Positions 15,039 through 25,021 of a stretch of 64,000 nucleotides of DNA are shown piece after piece. A model generated the notes under the pieces. That model had not been told where the DNA came from. It searched no databases and saw only the letters and a program-made list of their open reading frames with translations. A program made the translations under genes and the position numbers. Positions within the stretch are counted from its first letter, which is position 1. Each line of letters starts with the position of its first letter. The DNA is taken from IMG/VR virus record IMGVR_UViG_3300047284_000202, positions 23,170-87,169 of that record. One strand, written 5' to 3'. The stretch comes from a virus.

Positions 15039-15917
15039 ATGATTCTCATTGACATGAATCAGGTGATGATTTCAAACCTGATGGTGCACTTGACACAAAA
15101 TCAAGAAATTGAAGAAGGACTAGTTCGACATATGGTTCTGAATTCACTTCGAATGTTTCGTTCGAAGTTTTACAAGGAATATGGTGAACTGGTCCTTTGT
15201 TATGACTCCAAAAATTATTGGAGGAAGAAAGTATTTCCTTTCTATAAAGGAACCCGAAAACGAGATAGGGAAAAGTCAGCACACAACTGGTCGAATATTT
15301 TTGATACTCTGAATAAACTTCGAGATGAGTTTAGAGAGAATCTTCCTTATCCGATTATGGATGTTGATGGTGCTGAGGCAGATGATATTATTGCTGTACT
15401 CTGTAAGTATCAAGGCACAATTAATATTCGTCTGCAGAAAGATATGCAGCCTGCAGTAAAAGTCCTCATTTTATCTGGTGATAAAGACTTTATTCAATTG
15501 CAGAAGTATAAGTTTGTGAGACAGTACAATCCAATCCAGAAGAAATTTGTTTCTGGAATTGATCCAAAACTATACATTCTTGAACACACTATCAAGGGTG
15601 ATAGGTCTGATGGAATTCCTAATTTCCTTTCAGAGGATGATACTTTTGTAGAAAACAAAAGACAGAAACCATTGTCCAAAAAGAACATTGAACGATGGTT
15701 GGAAATGTCACCAGAGCAGTTTTGTCAAACTGATGAAATCCTGCAACAGTACAATAGAAATAAACAACTGATTGATTTCACTTGTATACCAAATGACGTA
15801 GAGCAAAATATTATAGATAGTTATGAATCCATTACCCTGAACAAAAAGGGTAGACTTTACGAATACTTCATTAGGTATGGTCTTAATGAAATGCTTGACA
15901 AAATAGGAGATTTTTAA
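15039..15917 (+). CDS. rnh: T4-like RNase H (5'-3' exonuclease)
   Basis: MILIDMNQ, YWRK...YKGTR, GAEADD, ILSGDKDFIQL, KGDRSDGIPN. Confidence 0.95.
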   Translation: MILIDMNQVMISNLMVHLTQNQEIEEGLVRHMVLNSLRMFRSKFYKEYGELVLCYDSKNYWRKKVFPFYKGTRKRDREKSAHNWSNIFDTLNKLRDEFRENLPYPIMDVDGAEADDIIAVLCKYQGTINIRLQKDMQPAVKVLILSGDKDFIQLQKYKFVRQYNPIQKKFVSGIDPKLYILEHTIKGDRSDGIPNFLSEDDTFVENKRQKPLSKKNIERWLEMSPEQFCQTDEILQQYNRNKQLIDFTCIPNDVEQNIIDSYESITLNKKGRLYEYFIRYGLNEMLDKIGDF

Positions 15918-15918
15918 A

Positions 15919-16356
15919 ATGAGATTGTTAATTTCTGAAGTGCTACAAAAAGTATCTAACGCAAAAACAAAGGCAGAGAAAATTTCTCTCCTTCAAAAGT
16001 ATAATACCCAAACTCTCAGATCAATTTTGATTTGGAATTTTGATGAGTCGGTCGTATCACTTATTCCAGATGGGGAAGTTCCCTACCGTCCCAATGAAGC
16101 ACCAATTGGAACTGAACATACTCTACTGGAACAAGAGTCAAAGAGATTTTATTATTTCGTTGCAAATGGTAGGACCAACATCCCCCAGATGAAAAGGGAA
16201 AACATGTTCATCCAAATGCTAGAGGGTCTTCATAAAGATGAAGCTGAGGTGATGGTTCTGATTAAGGATCAAAAACTTGGAACTAAGTATCGGATTACAA
16301 AGGCAACCGTTCAGGAAGCATTTCCTGAGATTGTTTGGGGGAATCGTGGTGCATGA
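15919..16356 (+). CDS. Conserved T4-like cyanophage hypothetical protein
   Basis: LISEVLQKVSNAKTK...RENMFIQMLEGLH; typical neighbour of rnh. Confidence 0.8.
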   Translation: MRLLISEVLQKVSNAKTKAEKISLLQKYNTQTLRSILIWNFDESVVSLIPDGEVPYRPNEAPIGTEHTLLEQESKRFYYFVANGRTNIPQMKRENMFIQMLEGLHKDEAEVMVLIKDQKLGTKYRITKATVQEAFPEIVWGNRGA

Positions 16357-16637
16357 AGTATAATTGCAAAGTTTTTAGACATGATTGCTCCCCATCGGAT
16401 GCCGAAGATAAATCTCTTCCAACTAATTCTTATCTTGTGAAATATGTTATAGAGGGATATATCAAATATGACATTGCAATTTCACATAAGAGGGTAGAAA
16501 TTTTTGATTATTACTATGACCTTTTAAAAGATGATGAGAACAGTGAAATTCTATCAATTGAATGGACATCGGGTAGGATAAATCCAAGACTTTGGAATAA
16601 TCCGAACGATAAGAAACAAGAAAAGAAAAAGAAATGA
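16353..16637 (+). CDS. Hypothetical protein
   Basis: ATGA-coupled ORF. Confidence 0.7.
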   Translation: MKYNCKVFRHDCSPSDAEDKSLPTNSYLVKYVIEGYIKYDIAISHKRVEIFDYYYDLLKDDENSEILSIEWTSGRINPRLWNNPNDKKQEKKKK

Positions 16638-17035
16638 ACTTTAATTTTGGGAAAAAGAAACCAGACATTAAGCAGTATGCGATTATTGGAATTGTTTTAT
16701 CAACAATAATCGCAACTCTATCTCAATGTACTGGTGTTTCCGAAATTAAACTCTGGGATCTTTTCGATGAAGTCCAAAGAAAATATTTCCCAGGAACAAT
16801 TCTCAATGAGTTTGTGATTAAAGATCCTGAAAAATTAGATAGAAGGATCAAACGTGATGTTGACAAAGCCATTGATGATTACTGGGAATCTATTGGAGAA
16901 AGACCTGCTGAGGTTTCACCTCCAGTGTATTCAGAAAAAGCACCTGATGGATCTAAGGCACAAGAATTATTAGGTGGAGAAATGAGATTGTGTGCCCCAT
17001 GGGTTCCTGATTGTCCTAAAGAAAATGAAAAATAA
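16634..17035 (+). CDS. Hypothetical membrane-anchored protein
   Basis: N-terminal transmembrane helix; ATGA coupling. Confidence 0.7.
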   Translation: MNFNFGKKKPDIKQYAIIGIVLSTIIATLSQCTGVSEIKLWDLFDEVQRKYFPGTILNEFVIKDPEKLDRRIKRDVDKAIDDYWESIGERPAEVSPPVYSEKAPDGSKAQELLGGEMRLCAPWVPDCPKENEK

Positions 17036-17303
17036 GACTACAATTTTCCTCGATCCCAGAGCACTTGATGTTAAGGAAGAAGAGGAACGACAAAAACAAT
17101 TAGAAGAACAAAAAGAACAAGAAGAAAAAGAAGAAGCTGCATTGCTAGGATATTCCTTCGTAATGTTCCTTGCCAAACCATTGGTTCTTATGTTATTATG
17201 GAACTGGACATTACCAGCACTTGCACCGATTGCAGCAATCAATTACTTGCAGAGCATGTCAATCTACGTTATGTCCCATATTATTTTTAGAGGTAAAAAA
17301 TGA
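17025..17303 (+). CDS. Hypothetical membrane protein
   Basis: Hydrophobic C-terminal half, LMLLWNW motif. Confidence 0.65.
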   Translation: MKNKTTIFLDPRALDVKEEEERQKQLEEQKEQEEKEEAALLGYSFVMFLAKPLVLMLLWNWTLPALAPIAAINYLQSMSIYVMSHIIFRGKK

Positions 17304-17995
17304 GCAAAGTTTGTTTAGTTTCGGTGACCCCAGATGCAGAAAAGACAATGGCATATATTGCTAGAGTTAGCAATCCTGCGAATCAAGACAACGAAAACTA
17401 TGCCAAGTTGCTTGGTTATTGCATTAAGCATAATCATTGGTCTGTGTTTGAACAGGCTACTATGAGCTTGGAGATTGAAACGAATCGTGGCATCGCAGCT
17501 CAGATTTTGCGTCATCGTTCGTTTACATTTCAAGAGTTTTCGCAACGATATGCAGATGCTTCTCTTTTGACTGAAGAGATTCCTGTTCCCGAACTTCGTA
17601 AGCAGGACACTAAGAATCGTCAGAACTCTACTGATGATCTTGATCCCGAACTAAAGAGAAGTTTTGAACGTCGTACTAAGCATCTCTTTGCAGATATTAT
17701 GGATCTGTATGATGATATGCTTTCTGCAGGAGTGGCAAAGGAGTCTGCTCGTTTTGTATTGCCTTTGGCAACTCCAACTCGTATCTATATGACTGGATCA
17801 TGCAGGTCGTGGATCCATTATATCAATCTTCGTTCTGCCAACGGAACTCAGAAAGAACATATGGATATTGCTCAAGCAGCAAAGAAAGTGTTCATCTGTC
17901 AGTTCCCTACTGTTGCTGAAGCACTTGGATGGTGTGACGGTAAGTGTGACTGTAGGGATTGGGAAACTGTTCAACCTTGTATTAGGATCGACTGA
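17300..17995 (+). CDS. thyX: FAD-dependent thymidylate synthase
   Basis: HWSVFEQ and QILRHRSFTFQEFSQRY (RHRx7S signature). Confidence 0.97.
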   Translation: MSKVCLVSVTPDAEKTMAYIARVSNPANQDNENYAKLLGYCIKHNHWSVFEQATMSLEIETNRGIAAQILRHRSFTFQEFSQRYADASLLTEEIPVPELRKQDTKNRQNSTDDLDPELKRSFERRTKHLFADIMDLYDDMLSAGVAKESARFVLPLATPTRIYMTGSCRSWIHYINLRSANGTQKEHMDIAQAAKKVFICQFPTVAEALGWCDGKCDCRDWETVQPCIRID

Positions 17996-17996
17996 T

Positions 17997-18182
17997 ATGT
18001 ACTATGAATATCTACATCAGGAAGGTATGTTTACCGAATGGATAACATGCCAAGTATTAGATAATCTATCAGACAAAACTAAAATTTATATTCGATATAA
18101 ATTAGGTCATGGTGAGTATGAAACTTGGGTTCCTGGTAATAGAATTCGATTAGTTATAAATTCAATGGAGACATCACAATGA
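17997..18182 (+). CDS. Small hypothetical protein
   Basis: ATG directly after the thyX stop. Confidence 0.55.
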   Translation: MYYEYLHQEGMFTEWITCQVLDNLSDKTKIYIRYKLGHGEYETWVPGNRIRLVINSMETSQ

Positions 18183-18336
18183 ACAATCAAGAAGTAATTC
18201 AAATGGCAAAAGATTGTGGATTAATTTACAATAACAATCATGACATCCTTGAATTTTACCAAAAGATCCGCAAGGAACTGAAAAAAGAATTTGCAGAGCC
18301 CGCAAAAACCAATAAATAAAACCAAGGAGTGTTGAT

Positions 18337-18567
18337 ATGCCTACTTATCCCGTAAAACATAAAGAAACTGGAGAAACTCAAGATCTCTACATGTCAGTAG
18401 CTGATTATGAGCAATGGAGAAAAGACAATCCTGACTGGGATAAAGACTGGTCTAAGGGTATTGGTGGTGTAACCTATGGTGAACCAAAACAATCCGATGG
18501 TTTCAAAGAAGTTATGAGAAAAGTGCAAGACGCACATCCAAGAGCAAACCTTAGTAGATTTACATAA
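18337..18567 (+). CDS. Conserved cyanophage hypothetical protein
   Basis: MPTYPVKHKETGE..., AAGGAG RBS, late-promoter-like AATAAATA upstream. Confidence 0.75.
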   Translation: MPTYPVKHKETGETQDLYMSVADYEQWRKDNPDWDKDWSKGIGGVTYGEPKQSDGFKEVMRKVQDAHPRANLSRFT

Positions 18568-18568
18568 C

Positions 18569-19327
18569 ATGCCAGTAAGAACTCGCAAGAACAAGGTTAA
18601 CGGCAACGGCAATGGAATGAGTGCTAAACAAATGAGACGAAAGAAACCCATTAATAATGAGCATTTAATCAATATTACACCACTAACCGAAGGACAGAAA
18701 AGAGTCTTTGAGTGTTGGGAAGATGGAAAAAATATGATTCTTCATGGTGCAGCTGGAACTGGTAAAACATTTGTTAGTTTGTATCTTGCTCTTAGGGAAG
18801 TCTTGAATCCCAATACACCATACGATAAAATTTATGTTGTACGTTCCCTAGTTCCAACTAGAGAAATTGGATTCCTGCCTGGAGACCATGAAGATAAATC
18901 AGCACTTTATCAGATTCCATACAAACATATGGTCAAATATATGTTTGAGATGCCAGATGACAACTCATTTGAAATGCTTTATGATAATCTTAGGGGTCAG
19001 GAGACAATCTCTTTTTGGAGTACCTCTTATATTCGTGGTGTCACTCTTGATAATTGCATTATTATTGTTGATGAATTCTCAAACTTGAATTTCCATGAAC
19101 TTGACTCAATGATTACCCGTGTCGGTCAAGATGCCAAAATTATTTTCTCGGGTGATATTAGTCAGTCCGATCTCGTCAAGCAGAATGAGAAGAATGGAGT
19201 TCTAGACTTCATGAAAATTCTAGAAACTATGGATGAGTTTTCTTGTATTGAATTTGGTGTTGAGGATATTGTTCGTTCTGGTCTGGTTCGTTCGTATCTT
19301 ATTAGTAAAATTAATCTTGGATTTTAA
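18569..19327 (+). CDS. phoH: PhoH-like ATPase
   Basis: GAAGTGKT, REIGFLPG, YIRGVTLDN, IIVDE, GDISQSD. Confidence 0.96.
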   Translation: MPVRTRKNKVNGNGNGMSAKQMRRKKPINNEHLINITPLTEGQKRVFECWEDGKNMILHGAAGTGKTFVSLYLALREVLNPNTPYDKIYVVRSLVPTREIGFLPGDHEDKSALYQIPYKHMVKYMFEMPDDNSFEMLYDNLRGQETISFWSTSYIRGVTLDNCIIIVDEFSNLNFHELDSMITRVGQDAKIIFSGDISQSDLVKQNEKNGVLDFMKILETMDEFSCIEFGVEDIVRSGLVRSYLISKINLGF

Positions 19328-19329
19328 TT

Positions 19330-19998
19330 ATGTTTAAATTTGTCGGGACTCCAGTTGAATTAAAAGAACTGGAGTCTTTTGAACGTGATGGTAAACGGTA
19401 TTATGCTGTTCACGATAACATTGAGTATCGTTCTGTTACAACTGTAACCTCCATCAGAAGTAAGAAAAGTATTGATGCATGGAGAAAACGAGTTGGTGAC
19501 GAGGTAGCAGATAATATTTCTGAACGTGCCACTAGACGAGGGACTGCATTACATGCTATAATTGAGACATACCTCAAGAATGAACTCAAAGAAATTAATG
19601 AAGACCCTCTCCCGACTACTCTCTTCAAAGTATGTAAGAGTACTCTTGATAGGATTAATAATATTCATGCTCTTGAAGCCCCTCTTTACTCTGATTATTT
19701 ACGTCTTGCTGGTCGGGTTGATTGTATTTGTGAGTTTGATGGCATCCTTTCTGTAGTTGACTTCAAATCGGCAAGTAAAAGCAAAGAAGAAGAGTGGATT
19801 GAGAATTATTTTGTTCAGGAAACTGCATATGCAGCAATGTATTATGAAAGAACTGGCATTAAAGTAGAACAGATTGTCACTATCATCGCAACTGAAGATG
19901 GGGAGTGTCAAGTATTCATCAAGAATAATCTCGATGAATATTTTTCTTTATTAAAAGAGTACATTAAAGAGTTTGAGGTCTATAACTCACATGAATGA
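19330..19998 (+). CDS. PD-(D/E)xK exonuclease (Cas4-like fold)
   Basis: YRSVTTV, RGTALH, LAGRVDCI...VVDFKS, YFVQETAYA. Confidence 0.88.
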   Translation: MFKFVGTPVELKELESFERDGKRYYAVHDNIEYRSVTTVTSIRSKKSIDAWRKRVGDEVADNISERATRRGTALHAIIETYLKNELKEINEDPLPTTLFKVCKSTLDRINNIHALEAPLYSDYLRLAGRVDCICEFDGILSVVDFKSASKSKEEEWIENYFVQETAYAAMYYERTGIKVEQIVTIIATEDGECQVFIKNNLDEYFSLLKEYIKEFEVYNSHE

Positions 19999-20239
19999 TT
20001 TTGAAGAAAAATTTATGACTCAAGCAAGATTTAGTGACGAAGTTGAACGTGTCGTCAAAGACAGTAATGGTTTGACCAATTATATTGATGCAGTTCTTTC
20101 AGTTTGTGATAACTATGAAATTGAAATTGATACTGTAAACAAACTAATTTCTAAACCACTGAAAGATAAACTTAAATATGATGCTCAGCAATTGAACTTC
20201 ATCAAAAGAACTACGATGGGAGTTCTACCTATTGTATGA
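19991..20239 (+). CDS. gp33: Late-transcription coactivator
   Basis: NYIDAV...KLISKPLKDKLKYDAQQLNF; T4-like synteny with gp59 and gp32. Confidence 0.9.
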   Translation: MNDFEEKFMTQARFSDEVERVVKDSNGLTNYIDAVLSVCDNYEIEIDTVNKLISKPLKDKLKYDAQQLNFIKRTTMGVLPIV

Positions 20240-20856
20240 CTGGGTATGATGTATACAAATTATATTTGTCTGTGAAGTTGCATTTCACCACAGATAACTA
20301 TAATTTTTTTCAGTATCAAGGAAAAACGAATGCATCTAAGGTGACATTCGATAAAAGAAAGGACAAGTATTTTTTTGAGAAGTTAGCAAATAAATATAAT
20401 CAGGAGGCACTCATAGAATATTTTGTCTCCCAATTTGTTACACAGCAGGATGTTTGGGTTGGTGATATTGTAAAAGGTCAAGGTGAGAAAAACTATTACT
20501 CTTGGAAGAAAAAAACACAATCACTAGAAGAAACTTTTACAAATGAGTTAGATAATTTATTGTCTCTTATTCAAGAACCATACCAGAATAATTTTGATAA
20601 ATTATTTCAATGCAATCAAGGCAGCACACATCCACTTATACTCAGAGCATATTTTAAAAAGACGATTGGATTAGAGACCTTGGTTATTTTCAATAAAGTA
20701 TTACCTTTTATCAAAGACTTGGACAAGAAATTGTCAGATCCAATGTGGTTGACAACTAAAAATAAAATCTTGAGATATGCCCCATTCCTGCATGTGAATA
20801 GTATGGAGTATAGAAACATCATCAAGAATAAGGTAATTAAATGTCAGAGTTTTTAA
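20236..20856 (+). CDS. gp59: Helicase loader
   Basis: YKLYLSVKLHFT...YNFFQYQGK...RKDKYFFEKLA. Confidence 0.92.
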   Translation: MTGYDVYKLYLSVKLHFTTDNYNFFQYQGKTNASKVTFDKRKDKYFFEKLANKYNQEALIEYFVSQFVTQQDVWVGDIVKGQGEKNYYSWKKKTQSLEETFTNELDNLLSLIQEPYQNNFDKLFQCNQGSTHPLILRAYFKKTIGLETLVIFNKVLPFIKDLDKKLSDPMWLTTKNKILRYAPFLHVNSMEYRNIIKNKVIKCQSF

Positions 20857-21161
20857 GATCGGAAATTGTACAAAAAGAATTGTACGAAATGCAAAGGTTA
20901 TACGATCGTCTTTCGAATATTGTTGAGCATCTAGCAAACTTAAGTAAAGAAGAAAAGACGGAATTTTTAGAACAAACTAAGATGCTAATCGAAAAGCAAA
21001 AAGTTTTTCATGCAAGATTGAAACTTGCTTCTTACGACGACGAAAAAATTAAAGAGATCGTGGATAATATGGATAGATTGTCTATGGTGTTTTGTGGTTC
21101 ACCCATGACCACTGTTCTCAACACGATGTCTGATAAGTTAAACTCATACCTCCCCTCTTGA
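20841..21161 (+). CDS. DUF1825-like cyanophage protein
   Basis: SEFLRSEIVQKE...LIEKQKVFHARL. Confidence 0.7.
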   Translation: MSEFLRSEIVQKELYEMQRLYDRLSNIVEHLANLSKEEKTEFLEQTKMLIEKQKVFHARLKLASYDDEKIKEIVDNMDRLSMVFCGSPMTTVLNTMSDKLNSYLPS

Positions 21162-21186
21162 CGGAGGCTAAATAGTGTGCTATCCT
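21158..21186 (+). promoter_or_regulatory. Sigma70-type promoter for gp32
   Basis: TTGACG-17 nt-TATCCT. Confidence 0.65.
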
Positions 21187-21244
21187 TAATGGGTGGCACA
21201 CAGACAAACCACAGGCCAAATACTAAAACAATACGGAGAAATAC

Positions 21245-22201
21245 ATGTCTTTTTCTAATCTCAAGCGCAATTCTGGTTCGGCATTCGACAAACTCACTAA
21301 AGAAATCGAAAAGATTTCAAACCCCGAAAGTGGTTCTAGTGCAGATACTCGATTCTGGAAACCAGAAATGGACAAATCTGGTAATGGATTCGCAGTGATT
21401 CGATTCCTTCCAGAACCTGAAGGTGAAGATATTCCTTGGGCAAAAGTGTGGTCCCATGCTTTCCAAGGTCCTGGTGGATGGTATATTGAAAACTCACTCA
21501 CCACTATGGGTAAGAAAGATCCAGTTGGTGAAATGAATCGTGAACTCTGGAACTCAGGTCATGATTCTGATAAGGAGATTGCACGTAAGCAAAAACGTAA
21601 ACTCTCCTACTACACGAACATCTATGTTGTAAGTGATCCTCTTCATCCCGAAAATGAAGGCAAAGTGTTCCTTTATAAGTTCGGTAAGAAGATCTTTGAT
21701 AAGATCATGGAAACCATGCAACCTCAGTTTGCAGATGAAACTCCCATCAATCCTTTTGATTTCTGGCAGGGTGCAAACTTCAAACTGAAGATTGTTAAGA
21801 AGGATGGTTATTGGAACTACGATAAGTCCGAGTTTGCCTCTCCTTCGGTTCTTGGTGATTTCTCTGACGATAAGTTGGAGAGTATTTGGAAGACCCAATA
21901 CTCCCTTAAGGAGTTCACCGATGAAAGTAATTTCAAAACTTACGAAGAACTTGAAGCACGTCTTAACATCGTTCTTAATACGGTTAAGAAAGCATCTCGT
22001 CGTGTGGATCAAGAAACTGAAGAGGACGAAGAGTGGACCCCAAGCACCTCAACTTCGACTGCATTCGGTGCACGGAAAGAGTCATCCTGGAACGAGGAGA
22101 TTACATCCTTCCGAAATACAACGGTTGCTTCAGTTGCAGAAACTGATGATGATGAGGAAGACAAAATGAGTTACTTTGCTCGTCTTGCGGAGGAAGACTG
22201 A
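21245..22201 (+). CDS. gp32: Single-stranded DNA-binding protein
   Basis: RFWKPEMDKSGNGFAVIRFLP, WYIENSLTT, acidic tail. Confidence 0.96.
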   Translation: MSFSNLKRNSGSAFDKLTKEIEKISNPESGSSADTRFWKPEMDKSGNGFAVIRFLPEPEGEDIPWAKVWSHAFQGPGGWYIENSLTTMGKKDPVGEMNRELWNSGHDSDKEIARKQKRKLSYYTNIYVVSDPLHPENEGKVFLYKFGKKIFDKIMETMQPQFADETPINPFDFWQGANFKLKIVKKDGYWNYDKSEFASPSVLGDFSDDKLESIWKTQYSLKEFTDESNFKTYEELEARLNIVLNTVKKASRRVDQETEEDEEWTPSTSTSTAFGARKESSWNEEITSFRNTTVASVAETDDDEEDKMSYFARLAEED

Positions 22202-22361
22202 TGTATATTGCAACGAGAGAAGTGGGTCAAACCAAACTCTATTACCAGAACGATGGTCAATGGACGATAGATAGATCTAGGGCAATGGAATTTGAAACTT
22301 CAGACGAAGCACATGTGACTTCTAATTTCCATCAAATGTATGATGTTCTTGTGGAATCGGT

Positions 22362-22622
22362 ATGAAACACATTCTTATTTCCTTTGGTGCCCTACTCTCT
22401 CTTTGCACTCCTGCATATGCTCAGTACATACCTGGTACTATTCCTGGATGCGATAGATTTAATGGAGTCTATGTCTGCGGAGATGGATATGGAAGACGAT
22501 GGATTCCCCTCCCGAGACAAAGATATGTGCGGGAGTATTATGAATATGCACCTCCTTGCAGTTCATCGACTCTTACTATTCTAGGAGTACCAATCATTGG
22601 ATCGACAACCATATGTCAGTAA
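22362..22622 (+). CDS. Small secreted hypothetical protein
   Basis: Signal-peptide-like N-terminus ending in AYA. Confidence 0.6.
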   Translation: MKHILISFGALLSLCTPAYAQYIPGTIPGCDRFNGVYVCGDGYGRRWIPLPRQRYVREYYEYAPPCSSSTLTILGVPIIGSTTICQ

Positions 22623-22733
22623 CACCTAAGGAACAGTTTGAATACATTTGGATTTGTCTTAAGGAAACTATAAAAATTCTTAGGACCCCAAAACGAAAAT
22701 GACCCTTTAATTCCCAAAAGGTGCCGAAAAATT

Positions 22734-22764
22734 CCCCAGGAAAAAATCGTTCCTGGGGTTTTTT
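22734..22764 (+). terminator. Rho-independent terminator between convergent units
   Basis: CCCCAGGAA...TTCCTGGGG followed by a T run. Confidence 0.8.
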
Positions 22765-22779
22765 AGTAATTTATACTTA

Positions 22780-23451
22780 TTAAATATAATTCTCAGTGAT
22801 ACTTGTTGGAGTTAGTGGAACATCATCATATTCATCCTTTCTCTTATCATATGCAACAAGTTTTTCAAATTCAGAAATGAATTGACCCAAGTATTGTTTC
22901 TTAAGTAGGAAGATATCTCTTTTCTTCTCATTCTCAGAAACTAGATATTCGTAGTTTGTAACTGCTGTTCTTACAGCATTTCCAGTAAGAAGTATTCCTG
23001 TGGTTGGATGTCGATATGTAAAATCGTGATTGACAATCAGACCACCTTCTAATATCTCAATACCATTATTAGTTGTTATTTGTACAGTTTCATAATGATG
23101 AACAGAATTCAACTCATCTAAATTTTTGAATCTCTTTTGTGCGTAGTTGTATAATTCAGATGAACTTAATGGCCATTGATCATACACATCAGTAATATTG
23201 TTGCATAGTAAGATAACCCACTCATAGGCAGCATCTCCATAATACTCGTATGCAATTTGATATGGCTTTTCACCGTCACCAATTTGGATAGGAGTGAATA
23301 CTAAATATTCTTTCTGTAGATTGTTTACTAGAGCAACGTTTCTAAAGATATTTTTGGCAAGTACATATGGCTGATCAATACCCTTTGCTGGACCCATTCG
23401 GACCCAAACATCAGGTAATTGAGAAAAGTAGAAATTATTGAGAATTGCCAT
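22780..23451 (-). CDS. gp53: Baseplate wedge protein
   Basis: YFSQLP, GEKPYQIAYEYYGD...WVILLCNNI...QWP, HHYET. Confidence 0.9.
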   Translation of the reverse strand: MAILNNFYFSQLPDVWVRMGPAKGIDQPYVLAKNIFRNVALVNNLQKEYLVFTPIQIGDGEKPYQIAYEYYGDAAYEWVILLCNNITDVYDQWPLSSSELYNYAQKRFKNLDELNSVHHYETVQITTNNGIEILEGGLIVNHDFTYRHPTTGILLTGNAVRTAVTNYEYLVSENEKKRDIFLLKKQYLGQFISEFEKLVAYDKRKDEYDDVPLTPTSITENYI

Positions 23452-23457
23452 TTGATG

Positions 23458-24588
23458 TTACTTTTGAGTTTTTTGTGCTTTTGCATTATCAATCAAAGAT
23501 TGGGCAACATTTTGAGAAACGAGATTAGTTGCCTTTTTTCCACCAAAATTTGCTTTTGTTAGCATTGCTGTCTCTTTGAATTGTAGATCTATTTGAACTG
23601 CTACAACTCCATAGTCACCTTTGGATGAATTGTTGTATTCGTTATTTAGATTTTTTAGAGGTGCATATGTACCATCAGGGGTATAATTCACTGACATGCC
23701 CTCTAAGACACAAAATGTTGGTAGTTGAATTAATTTATTTAATGTATAACGATCATCTACACTTGAACTATCTCCAGAACCAATAACTCTAACTAATTCT
23801 AATTTGAAAAAGTCTGGAAGAGTCAACCAACGTTCAGAACTTACATTCACGTCACCGTTCTTGAATTTGTCAGTTAGATTTCCTTCAAATTGCTCATCAG
23901 CACCAACTCCTGCAATTCCAGGGTGCATTGCATATCTCAAAGATGCAATGATGTTGTTAATAGTTTCTGCATCTTTGAATGATCTAGCAATTAATTTAAA
24001 AGAAAACTGGTGAGATCTGAATTCAGTTCCTTGGTAGATTAATTCTTTGTATGGATTGAGGATAGCACCTTTGGTTAGTTGAGTTACTCCTTTAGTTGAG
24101 AGTGAACTTTCTGTTCCAATTAATTGGTTAATACCACCAATAGCACCAGACATTGCGTTGATTGCAACTTCTGGTTTTAAACCTTTTGCAGCATCTTTTA
24201 ATTCTGATGCCATGGAACCCATATCACTTCTACCACTCATCATATTAAGGATGCCAGCACCCAACATTCCAATACTTTCAGTATTATATCCTTGCTGGAA
24301 TGTTTCTGACAGTTGCTGAGGCATGTATAAATAAATGGTGTCACCTCTGCCAATAACATTAGTTGTTCCTGCCAATACAGAATTTAAAGTTGCTCCTGTA
24401 GAGTTGTTTCCCCTATTTACGTAATTTGAATATGAATTGCTCTCTGAGTTTATGATTTGAATTTTTAAATAATCTCTTGGCTCGTCACTTAGTTCTGCTG
24501 TTCCCTCAATAAAGTTCCTCTGCGGATCATCTTTAAAACGAAGATCCGCAGGACTTGGATACACATATACTTGACCTGAATCTGCCAT
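23458..24588 (-). CDS. gp48: Baseplate tail-tube cap
   Basis: IYLYMP, NPYKELIYQGTEFRSHQFSFKL, VNYTPDG, LQFKET. Confidence 0.88.
   Translation of the reverse strand: MADSGQVYVYPSPADLRFKDDPQRNFIEGTAELSDEPRDYLKIQIINSESNSYSNYVNRGNNSTGATLNSVLAGTTNVIGRGDTIYLYMPQQLSETFQQGYNTESIGMLGAGILNMMSGRSDMGSMASELKDAAKGLKPEVAINAMSGAIGGINQLIGTESSLSTKGVTQLTKGAILNPYKELIYQGTEFRSHQFSFKLIARSFKDAETINNIIASLRYAMHPGIAGVGADEQFEGNLTDKFKNGDVNVSSERWLTLPDFFKLELVRVIGSGDSSSVDDRYTLNKLIQLPTFCVLEGMSVNYTPDGTYAPLKNLNNEYNNSSKGDYGVVAVQIDLQFKETAMLTKANFGGKKATNLVSQNVAQSLIDNAKAQKTQK
24326..24333 (+). promoter_or_regulatory. Late promoter for the gp4 operon, located inside gp48
   Basis: TATAAATA on the + strand. Confidence 0.55.
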
Positions 24589-24589
24589 T

Positions 24590-25021
24590 ATGTCCTACCG
24601 AGGAAGATATTTACCATCAAATCCCAAAAAGTACAGGGGAGATTACAATAATATTATTTATAGGAGTTTATGGGAACGAAAGTTCATGATTTACTGTGAT
24701 CTGAGTGCTCACATTGTTGAGTGGGCTTCAGAAGAAATTATTATTCCCTATAGATCACCTCTAGATGGTAAAGTTCACAGATATTTTCCAGACTTTTATG
24801 TGAAAGTAAGAACTGAAAATGAAACCAAAATTTATATCGTAGAGATTAAACCACTTAGGCAGACTAGAGAACCAAAACCACCAAAAAGGAAGACAAAGCA
24901 ATATTTGAATGAGGTATTTGAGTATACTAAAAATCAAGCAAAATGGAAAGCAGCAAGAGAATGGTGTGCTGACAGAAGATATGAATTTAAAGTAATTACT
25001 GAAGTAGAATTAAAGGTATGA
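24590..25021 (+). CDS. gp4: Head completion nuclease
   Basis: YRGRYLPSNPKKYRGD...YRSLWE...HRYFPDF...VEIKP...NQAKW. Confidence 0.93.
   Translation: MSYRGRYLPSNPKKYRGDYNNIIYRSLWERKFMIYCDLSAHIVEWASEEIIIPYRSPLDGKVHRYFPDFYVKVRTENETKIYIVEIKPLRQTREPKPPKRKTKQYLNEVFEYTKNQAKWKAAREWCADRRYEFKVITEVELKV
24655..24662 (-). promoter_or_regulatory. Late promoter for gp48-gp53, located inside gp4
   Basis: TATTTATA on the + strand, which reads TATAAATA on the - strand. Confidence 0.65.

Noticed and set aside
19330-19998. Cas4-like nuclease as part of a CRISPR system
   Set aside because: No repeat-spacer array or other cas genes are in the window. This exonuclease is a core T4-like cyanophage gene between phoH and gp33.
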